In this document: in pieces, positions 36,331 through 46,413 of the stretch
How positions within the stretch are numbered: position 1 is the first letter of the stretch
Layout: each line of letters opens with the position of its first letter
From: Chiloscyllium plagiosum
Taxonomy: Eukaryota
DNA: 64,000 bases
Direction: 5' to 3'
Assembly: GCF_004010195.1 (NCBI RefSeq)
Contig: NC_057711.1
Location: 78,103,371 to 78,167,370, forward strand
Position numbers and translations under genes: made by a program
The notes under the pieces: generated by a model
The model's database searches: none
What the model was told of the DNA's origin: nothing
The model's input: only the letters and a program-made list of their open reading frames with translations

Positions 36331-39091
36331 GTCACGATTGGTAACAAGTAAACAACTAACACAACATTCTTTTATCATCTCATGAAAGAGAAAATCTGAT
36401 CTGTTTATCTTTTTTGGGACTCACTTCTTACCTGGTGTGCATCTATTAAATTATTGCTGCTTTTAATGTTTAAAAATGAATGAACTCACTCTTTTGTCCA
36501 TTCAAGAAAGCTTGGTTAAATTGGTTGCTTTTAAAATCTAAATTCCTTTTGCCTGGAAGAAAAATTTCCACACGGAAATGGATCCTTTTTAAATTAACCT
36601 TTTTGCAACCAACCTCGGGGACAAGTGAATCCAAAGGGGGAGTCAGTTCATACCTCAACAGGGAGCTTAAGAATTTGGGAGTAATGTACTTGGAGCTGTA
36701 AATATTTGGAAACCTGACCCAGGAACTGATCATAACAGCCTTAAGCCCAGCACGTGTCCACCTTAAGAAATTTAACAGAAGTACATTGTTTTAGCTCTCT
36801 TCGTGCTGGAGTACAACACGTGCTTCCTCCCAAAATATAGCCCTCACATTTCTCTGCATAAAACTTCATCTGCCACAAGCAAATTTCTTCAAGTCTGTCA
36901 CTGCCTTCTGCATAGTGAACAAAACTTACAAGTTTTTGTCACCTACAAGTATGAGTCCGCAATGAGCAATCCCAAGTCTAACTCACTAACGTAGATCAAA
37001 GTAAGCAGGACTATGACAAGTGCCTTCCCAAATTTCACACTCCATCTCCCCAGCATTCTCAAAGAGATCTCATTTGGTCCTGGTGACCCAAGTTTTAAAT
37101 ACAACCAGACTTGTTAACACCATTTTTTGTCCATTGAGTAGACAGACCATTGAGAAAAAAGTTTTGTGGATTTTACAAAAGTAATAATTAATTTGTACAA
37201 ACCAATAGGGAGGACACAAAACACTGTGTGCAGAAAGCAATTAAAACCATTCAGGATGTACAATTTAAATTCATCAGGTTGATGCCAGAGGTAGGGGGAA
37301 AAAAACTAAAAAGGAGAGAGACATGGCACAGGGACACTTTCTGTTGGAGAAAAAAAGGCCACGAGATGATTTAAGGGAGATCTTGTTATAATTCCAAAAA
37401 CTTTTTTGGAGTGTGAAACACTATTCTCGATTTGAAAGAGCTCCCATCTAATGAACGTGGGGGGTGGTGGGGAGCAAAGGAGTAAATAGTATTTGTATAC
37501 TTACTGGACATATGGCCATAGATTTAAGCACGTCAAATTGGACAAGCTTGTGTAGAGTAGCTAAGGATCACAATTTAAGTACTTACTCATGTTTATTGTT
37601 GTGAGGAATGCCTTGGGCTTAAGCAGTGAAAAGATATTATTTATATAAGAAACCATTGCCAAATTCCAAGCACTGATGTAATTGCTGGAACAAGATCCCA
37701 GTTACTGTATTAACTGCACACTGTTGCATAATATTTCGTGACAGCTGATGTAAGATCAGATATTACAAAGTATGTTCATTTATTTACACTATTGCACATA
37801 TGTCTGTTTTGATTAAAATCATACTTTGGGGTTACTGTTGTGTGTTATTTTGAAATTACTTGCATGGAAATTTCCTGAAGGAAGAAACCAAATTAAAATT
37901 TTGGAGGTGCCCCTTTCATGATTTAAAAAAAATCACCAGAGGGCACTCAAGTTTAAACTCAAGACATGGGCCTTCATGCCAGAAAATTAGCACGTTTTAG
38001 TTTAAAATCTGCAATACTTGGTGTTACTGCATAGTAACAGTGAAATAACAGAAGAAAGCAAATTGAAAATGAGAATGTACACAAAACAAATATGTTCCCC
38101 AAACTAGTACTGTAACCCAAGTGCACATCATATTCAGCTCTGAGGAGTTGAAGTGCAAACTTCTCAGCTACTGACTAGATAGTGTATTTACAAAGTTTAC
38201 TTCCTTTTTCTCTTCAGAGGTGTTTTGTCACTATTCTGCTGAAATTTATTATTTTAGGACAATCTGCAAGACTGAAAAAAAGAACAGCAACTTAAGAGTT
38301 ATTAGATTTTTACAAAGAACATTTGCAACACATTCCAAACACATCTCAAATGGGGACCTTTTAAGTTCATTGCGAAGTTATAACATTTTGATAAACTAGC
38401 AACCATCACTGTTTAGCTGAATGAAATCCTGAGTGCCATTTTTGAGGCAAACCCTCTGAGGATGTGAACGAGGTCTAAAATTTCCTGTAAGAATTCACTC
38501 CAAAGGTAACAAATTCTGAATTATTCGTTAAACCAGGCAGAAACTAACATCGCACCAAGCATTTTTGAGAATTACGCCTGTAGCTCAATGAGTAGCAGGG
38601 GAAGAAGGGGTTTTCAGTTCAGTCCGAGTGGACAGGGAGCCAGCTGATTAGGACATGTTCTGGTGAATCATATAACTAGGGTCATAGATTGGGCTTCCAA
38701 CTAAAAGATGGCTGTGTGTATGTGTGCAGAAGGCAGAAAGGATACAGCAAGAGAAACAGGGAGATGTCATGGGTAGGGAGAGAAAGAAGTGGTCATCGAA
38801 GCAAGATTTAGAAATCCAAAGAGAAAACTTGAGCAAGAGAGTGGTGGAATGATTAAGGTGAAACCAAGTAGGATTTAGTAGTTTAAAAAAAATTAAAGGC
38901 TCTTCATTAGCATGCACAAAACATTTATAACTGAACAAGCAAACTATCTGCACAAATAAAGATCAATGGATTTCATATAATTGCAAGCTGACCAAGTAAA
39001 CACACCAGGGTACACAACATTTCAAAAACACAAAACAGAATGTAAACTAGGTAACAGGAAAGGAAGACAGAAGTCATCAAAATGATTTTGG

Positions 39092-39478
39092 ATCCTAAGA
39101 TGCTGCCTGATCTGCTGTGCTTTTCCAGCATCTTGACTGATCTCCACCATCTGCAGTCCTCACTTCCTCCTGGTTGAATTTAACCTCACTGCGAAGCCTC
39201 TTCCAAGGATGCCAACCTTGAAAAGATCCTTCTCCTCTGTCTACAAGGATCTCAATGAGTCTCACTCTCTCTCTCACTGTACCTCCCCTCCCCCCCCAGG
39301 TCATCATCTCTGCGCTGAAGCTCTTACCCCCAGCCCCACATCCCTCCCATTTATCTCTCAGCCCCCCTGAGCAACAAGCCTCATTCCTGATGAAGGGCTT
39401 ATGTCCGAAAAGTTGATTCTCCTGTTCCCCAGATGCTGCCTGACCTGATGTGCTTTTCCAGCATCACACTCTCAACTC
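39092..39478 (+). mobile_element. Family A PLE-type element with a partial tandem terminal repeat
   Basis: gatgctgcctga.ctg.tgtgcttttccagcatc occurs twice in direct orientation (about 39099 and 39432). Degenerate hammerhead CTGATGA-AGGGCTTATGTCC-GAAA at 39383-39418. Confidence 0.7.
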
Positions 39479-39849
39479 GGAAGCAGAGCCAATATGAATG
39501 AACATTAGAAATAAAAAGGGTTCGTAACATCTTTGGGAATAATTTATAAAAAGCTTTTAAGAGGAGTTATAGTTTTGTCTAAAGATTAAGCAGAAAATCA
39601 TTGGAACTCATAAAAGCAAAAAAAGAAGGATTTTATATAGAATAGAAAAATTCAAATTTGCAAAGGTAATCTGGAAGATGAGATTGCAAAATGTGTTTAC
39701 AATACCTGTACATTGCAACCAAATCAAGGAAAAGTTATTTTAGATCCTTTGTATAATGAGGTGGGATGAATTAGTAATTTATTTTAAATGTTCGTCTAGG
39801 AAAACATGTTCCTCAAATTGAAGCTATTCAAGCTGCTCCAAGTAGAGCA

Positions 39850-40455
39850 TTTCAATCAATCCACTGCTCGATTCTCACACGCCTGCATTTCTTTTACTCG
39901 TCAGGTGCCAATTCAAATTTTCTTTTGAACGGAGTGTTCCATTTCTACTTCTATAGTCCATGAGTTTCAGGTCATTGCCATTCATTATTTAAAAGTGTTC
40001 CTCATATTCCCCCGCATCTTTGACCAATAACGTCTCTTGCCCTTATACCTTTCGATAACGGGAATAGCTTTTGTCGAGATGATCTGAACCTTTCAAAATC
40101 TTGTAGCCTTATCATTGTCTCTTTCTTTGGACGAAAATAACCCAACTTACCCAATCTAACATTGCAGCTACACTTCTCCATTCCTGGAATCATTCAGAAA
40201 CATTTGCTCAGTATCATCATTCGGATCTTCAGAACCAATGTAAATTCTGAGAAATCTTTGCCTCAGAAGGCTACAGAGTCTGGGGTATTAAGTTTTAAGG
40301 CTGAGAAAGAGATTTTTAATCCTTGGTGAATCAAGGGCTGTGGGTAAAAAAACAGAAAAGTGGTGTTGAGGATTATCAGATTGAATACGATCTCAGTGAA
40401 TGCAGAGCAGACTCAAAAGGCGTGAATGGCCCATCTTTGCTCCTATGTCTTAAAG
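39850..40455. mobile_element. CR1-type 3' fragments in opposite orientations
   Basis: Minus-strand MIPGMEKCSCNVRLGKLGYF remnant, followed by a plus-strand CR1 tail. Confidence 0.5.
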
Positions 40456-40592
40456 TCTGTGCTTGGAAAAGCAATTCCTCACAGATTGTGTCTTGCCCAC
40501 ATGCAGGAATTACTTTTCTCTCATTGATTTTCTGTGAATGAAATTGCCCATGTTTCTTGGTACTTCTGACAGTAAATCTGCCTACTACAAAG

Positions 40593-40738
40593 TTGTGCAG
40601 GTTAGGTGAATTGGCCATGCTAAATCGCCCATAGTGTTAGATGCATTAGTCAGAGGGAAATGGGTCTGGGTGGGTTACTCTTTGGAGGGTTGGTGTGGAC
40701 TTGTTGGGACGAAGGCCTGTTTCCACACTGTAGGGAAT
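40593..40738 (+). mobile_element. HE1-type SINE, 3' half
   Basis: Matches 4612-4746. Confidence 0.75.
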
Positions 40739-41082
40739 CGAATATGCCATTCATTTTCATTTACTTTTTTGCAGCCCTTTTCATTCAAATGATTGAACAG
40801 CAGCTTCGTTTGCCACAATAACATCTCTTTCAATTTAATTTAATTGTTTAAATAAATATTAACCCATTTGCTGAATTGAGTTTAGGACCTCCCTTTTTGA
40901 GATTAGGAATGCATGACATGAGGCACCAAGGGCGCAAAACTACAATAAAATCCAAGGGCACATTTAGAAACGATTTTTTAAAATTTCAATTAAATGGCCC
41001 TGCTGCTCAACAGGACTAAAAATGCTTCTGATTACCAGCTGGTATTTGTAAATGTGGTAGTTATAAACTAGACAGAATGAAG

Positions 41083-41235
41083 TTAAAAATCACACAACAC
41101 CAGGTTATAGTCCAACAGGTTTAATCGGAAGCACACTAGCTTTCGGAGCGACGCTCCTTCATCAGGTGATAGTGATGAATGTTGTGAGATTTTTAACTTT
41201 GTACACCCCAATCCAACACCGGCATCTCCAAATCA
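41083..41235. mobile_element. Short inverted family B PLE-type insertion
   Basis: Exact 14-bp TSD TAGACAGAATGAAG at 41069-41082 and 41236-41249; inverted arm, then a short forward end with a 35-nt tail. Confidence 0.9.
41134..41168 (-). ncRNA. Minimal type I hammerhead ribozyme motif, family B
   Basis: Identical to 4929-4963, and there is no complementary arm covering it in this insertion. Confidence 0.8.
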
Positions 41236-42126
41236 TAGACAGAATGAAGCATTCTTCTTTCCCAGTAATATGAAACTGTGTAATACACAATTGACAAAAA
41301 GGTTTTAATTCACTTTGCAGACATAATTTGACAGACAGTATTTCTGCTGATTGAATGATTTCCTGCTTTCGCATAAATTTAACAAATTTAAATTCTGTTC
41401 AATACACTCATGCAGTGACATAGAATCAACTGATAAATGAACAAAATGGAACTGATTAACATAGTTCTGCTGCAGGCAGAAGTTCAGTACAGCAAACATT
41501 GAAACCAGTTTTTCAAACGATAATAAAAAACCAAAAACAAACAAATTGAAGATCATCTTAGTGCAGAAAATGAATAATTATGTCAATTCTGCCAAAGACA
41601 CATTAATATAAACTGAATTAAAACATTTGTTATTGCATTTCAATGATAGACCAGCATCACAAAATTATTTAACTCTTAACAACCAAGTGTAAAAACAGAC
41701 CACTCAGTCAGAATTCTTAATTTTAAACATAAACTAGTCAGTGAGAGCTCCTCAGAAGGAAAAGTAGTAACTATTCTATATCTGCCTAATTAATAGCCCA
41801 GTAACTATTTAAGGATTAGATGCAGACTAATCAGATGGAAATAGGGGCTATATTACTTCTAGACTTCAATAATTTAGCAACAGCACAAGCAAGGAACCAA
41901 ACCAAAGTCTGCATTCAGACAATATTGGATTGAATTTGGGAGTATACTGGAGGGTATTACTCAAAAATAGTATCAAGGATGAATGGTCACCTGGGTATCC
42001 AAAATAATAGGTGTAAATATAAATGTCCAAGATGCATCAATAAAAACGTTAAGGATGATGAAGAAATTTACAAAACCTGTAACAGGTTAAGAGGGTGATT
42101 TTCAGAAGACACACAGGATTACACAA

Positions 42127-42265
42127 GATTTGGAGATGCCGGTGTTGGACTGGGGTGTACAAAGTTAAAAATCACACAACACCAGGTTATAGGCCAACAG
42201 GTTTAATTGGAAGTACATTAGCTTTCGGAGCGACGCTCCTTCATCAGGTAATTGTGGATCACCTG
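42127..42265 (-). mobile_element. Family B PLE-type 3' end with hammerhead core (42216-42250, stem I mutated)
   Basis: Reverse complement of about 6070-6199. Confidence 0.8.
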
Positions 42266-42459
42266 TTTTATAAACATACTTTTGCTTTTACCTTTCCTAC
42301 ATTCATTGACCTGTATGACACCAAACATAGTGCATAAACTAAGTTCTGTAGCACTTGAACGAAGGGTCATAAACCTGAAATGTGAACTCCATCTCTCTTT
42401 CACCAGATGTTGCCACATCTAATTCCAATACATGGTATTTAAATTCAGTTTTGCAGCAT

Positions 42460-42590
42460 CCAGGGTCATGTTCTGAAGAGTCACATCGAAGCATTAATAC
42501 ACCTTATCTCTCCACAAATGCTGCCAGACTTGTTGAGTTTTGTTGGTTTTATTTCAGATTTCAAGCTTCCGCAGTGTTTTGCTTTCATCT
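42460..42590 (+). mobile_element. Old PLE-type terminal fragment (family D)
   Basis: ctgaagagtc..cgaagc..tctctccacaaatgctgccagacttgttgagttt; related to 59555-59712 on the minus strand. Confidence 0.45.
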
Positions 42591-42879
42591 GAAGTAGTGC
42601 ATGTAATTAGCACCAAAATAGTTGTGGCAAAGGGAAAATCATGTATACAATGTCAAACAGGTAAAGTAAAAGATATATAAAAAGAGGGTATCAACTAACA
42701 ACACAATCACACTGTTGTTCAATTATATTTCAATCAAAATTTTAAATGGGCCTCAACTACTTACCTGGCAAGATGCTCTCGCTTCTAACTTTTCCTTACA
42801 CTATAGCATCGGCCCCACAGAGATGTAGATTTGTCTGTAATGGTCGGAAACTTTTTGAACAGAGTGCATCAAGCTTATT

Positions 42880-43126
42880 TGGTAAAAACAATGACTGCAG
42901 ATGCTGGAAACCAGATTCTGGATCAGTGGTGCTGGAAGAGCACAGCAGTTCAGGCAGCATTCGAGGACAGGCAAAATCCGAGGACAGGCAAAATCGACGT
43001 TTCGGGCAAAAGCCCTTCATCAGGAATATTTATTCCTGATGAAGGGCTTTTGCCCGAAACATCGATTTTGCCTGTCCTCGGATGCTGCCTGAACTGCTGT
43101 GCTCTTCCAGCACCACTGATCCAGAA
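42880..43126. mobile_element. Fold-back PLE-type mini-element, family A, with two divergent hammerhead cores
   Basis: Arms 42915-43028 / 43031-43127, 35-nt tail 42880-42914. TSD TGCATCAAGCTTATT (42865-42879) / TGCAACAAGCTTATT (43127-43141). Motifs at 42992-43027 (-) and 43032-43067 (+). Confidence 0.9.
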
Positions 43127-44114
43127 TGCAACAAGCTTATTGCCTACTAAGAGCTGTGCATCAAAGTCTTTTTGCAACTACTTCTACATAATATTGAAGG
43201 CATGATTTAATTAGAAGTTCTTCCTTCAATGGATTAAACACATGTAGGTGTTTGTCCTACCATAGGAATGGCAGATCTTCCTACAATAATTCCTGCATGG
43301 AAATGCCTTCTCAGAAAATAATGTCATGCAAGCAAGGAAGTTGAATGGACCTAGAAATCTTTGGAGATCATCTAATCTGAGGTTTTGCCACCCAAACGAT
43401 ATCTTAAATTTTCCCAGCATCCAAGCAGATACTGACCACGAATAAATGAAACAATTTAAGTGTATGGCCTAGGTACCTTAATGGAGCATTTTTTGGTGAA
43501 AAAGAAGCCTTGCATCAGTCTCAATTAGCAAGTGTAGGTTCAATCATGCTCTTCTTTCATGCTTCCAACTGGGAGTGACCCATCCACAATACAAAGAGTT
43601 AGTAATTAATTCTATTATCAGCTCCACACAATGCTGAAGTATATCCTTCTTACACAACAACGCCAACAGTTAAAAAAGTACCTGCTGAAAAAGGAGTTTG
43701 AAATGATAACTTTTGGGACTCTCTTCACAAGTGAATGGAACAATTGTTTTTTGCATTTAGTTTGGAAAAGCATTTCATGTCAACAAACATCAGATCTAGT
43801 TGTTTTCACTATAGCATCTTACGAGAATCTCTCTTTAAAACTATGTTTAGCTTCCTTGCAGTAATGGCAGAACTGCACCAGTCTGCCATTCTGTGCTCAG
43901 CAAATTATCATTTTTCCATTTTTGTTTTCCATTCCATCTGGTTCAATCAACTATGATGCTCTAATTGGCATGCTGCATTTTGTGGTGCATTGAATGATGA
44001 CATTTTTTAATGGACAACTGTGTAGAACCTCTAAATGGACCATGTTAACTCATTAAACCTGCATTCCTCATTGGGGAACACAGGTACATTTCTGTTGGAC
44101 CATAACATGTCACA

Positions 44115-45370
44115 GGTTTCATAGAGATAGAGATTTTCAGCATGGATACACACCCTTCAGTCCAACTCGTCCATGCCGACCAGATAACCCAACCCAATCT
44201 AGTCCCACCAGCCAGCACCTGGTCCATATGCCTCCAAACTCCTCCTGTTCATATACCAATCCAAATGCCTTTCAAATGTTGCAATTGTACCTGCCTCCAC
44301 CACTTCCTCTGGCAGCTCTTTCCATACAAGTACCACCCTCTGTGTGAAAAAGTTGCCCCTTAGGTTTCTTTTATATCTTTCCCCTCTCACCCTAAACCGA
44401 TGCCCCCTAGTTCTGGACTCCACGACCCCAAGGAAAAGACTGTGCCTATTTATCCTATCCATGCCCCTCATAATTTTGTAAACCTCGATAAGGTCACCCC
44501 TCATCCACCAACACTCCAGGGAAAACAGCCCCAGCCTTTTCAGCCTCTCTCTATAGCTCAAATCCTCCAACCCTGGCAACATCCTTGTAAATCTTTTCTG
44601 AATCCTTTCAAGTTTCACAACATCTTTCCAATAGGAAGGAGACCAGAATGCACACAATATTCCAACAGTGGCCTAACCAATGTCCTGTACAGATGCAACA
44701 TGACCTCCCAACTCCTGTACTCAATACTCTGACCAATAAAGGAAAGCATACCAACCGCCGCCTTCACTATCCTATCTACCTGCGACTCCACTTTCAAGGA
44801 GCTATGAACCTGCACTCCAAGGTCTCTTTGTTCAGCAACACTCCCTTGGACCTTATCATTAAGTGTATACATCCTGCTAAGATTTGCTTTCCCAAAATGC
44901 AGCACCTCGCATTTATCTGAATTAAACTCCATCTGCCACTTCAGCCCATTGGCCCATCTGGTCCAGATCCTGTTGTAATTGGAGGTAATCCTCTTCGCTA
45001 TCCACTACACCTCCAATTTTAGTATCATCTGCAAACTTACTAACTGTATCTCTTATGCTCGCATCCAAATCATTTATGTAAGTGACAAAAAGTAGAGGAC
45101 CCAGCACCGATCCTTGTGACACTCCACTGGTCACAGGCCTCCAGTCTGAAAAACAACCCTCCACCACCACCACCACCCTCTGACTTCTATCTTTGAGCTA
45201 GTTCTGTATCCAACTGGCTAGTTGTCCCTGTATTCCATGAGATTTAACTTTGCTAATCAGTCTTCCATGGGGAACCTTGTCAAACACCTTAGTGAAGTCC
45301 ATATGGATCATATCTACTGCTCTGCCCTCATCAATCCTCTTTGTTACTTCTTTAAAAAACTCAATCAAGT
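44115..45370 (-). mobile_element. CR1-type (HER1-like) LINE 3' portion, relatively young
   Basis: VTSGVSQGSVLGPLLF, KFADDTK, MEFNSDKCEVLHFG, LVRPLLEYC and RTRGH in three frames. Confidence 0.92.
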
Positions 45371-46009
45371 TTCACTTGTGGGTTGGTCTACAGACTTCCA
45401 TTCCTTTTGATATAGGTCCTCAATTGTGGCTAAGATAGAATATTTTGGCACTTTCACTATTGTCAACCTTCTTTCTCAATTGACATGATATTAAAGTGTT
45501 AATTTGCTCAGCTGACCTGCAGGAAATTGAATGCCCCAAGGCTAGGGTGGGATGCCTCTGACTTACAGGTAGATTGTAAGGAATTTACATTTCCATCCCT
45601 TGCCATTCAGAGCTATTTGCGTCAACTTCATCCTATTCAAAATCACTGAAAACATGGCAGTTGGAATTTTGACTACTCCCGATTCACAACAGATTTGACC
45701 ATTAAGGGATGATTTACATTATATTGTTTCTGGGAACAATGTGGTCACTGCATTGTGTCTGGAGTGGCATGTGACTGTGGAGGAGTGACTGTGCATCACA
45801 GTCAGTGATGCCCAAAGATTTTATCTAAGTGAAAAACGGTTTCCTTTGTTCAGAGAGATCCCTGGCATGGCTTCGCAAGCATGGCGAAGAATGTTAAGGG
45901 TTTCTCCAAAAGCCTGTACTGTGCTCAATACAATTTTGCATGTTCATAGAAGTTGGCATCAGCAGTTACATCAAGTGTGTAAGAATCTCAAGAAAAAAGA
46001 CCTAACATT

Positions 46010-46029
46010 TGGTGGCAGCAGTGGGATTC
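46010..46029 (+). promoter_or_regulatory. Primer-binding site complementary to a tRNA-Leu 3' end
   Basis: Starts 2 nt after the LTR end with TGG; one mismatch to TGGTGGCAGCGGTGGGATTC, my recalled complement of the vertebrate tRNA-Leu(AAG/TAG) 3' end. Confidence 0.8.
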
Positions 46030-46299
46030 CAACATACACAGAACTTACAGGTGGACTGAATAAGTGATCACCTGCATGCATGGATGGGCACACAAGGTAA
46101 GATTTACCTTGATCTCTCTCCTTAACCCACCACTCAAGTCAACCCCTTGACCCCTAGGACTCTGTGGTGAACTAATCTCTAAAGTAACTTACACACTTGC
46201 ACACCAACGAATTCGCTTTCAGAATCAAAAGTTACTGGGAAGGGAGGGTAAAGCCCCCTGGAATTGAGAGGTAAAAGATCCCCTGGGGAAAAGGAGGTT

Positions 46300-46413
46300 G
46301 AAGTCATAGAGATGTACAGCACAGACACAGACCCAGACCCTTCAGTCCAACCCATTCATGCCGACCAGATATCCCAACCCAATCTAGTCCCACCTGCCAG
46401 CACCCGGCCCATA
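46300..46413 (-). mobile_element. CR1-type 3' tail nested in the LTR element
   Basis: Matches 44118-44228. Confidence 0.75.

Noticed and set aside
42758..42770. U1 snRNA 5' end (TACTTACCTGGCA)
   Set aside because: Similarity stops after 13 nt; it is simply the complement of a consensus donor.
42796..43205. Cluster of ORFs on both strands
   Set aside because: Products of the palindromic family A element.
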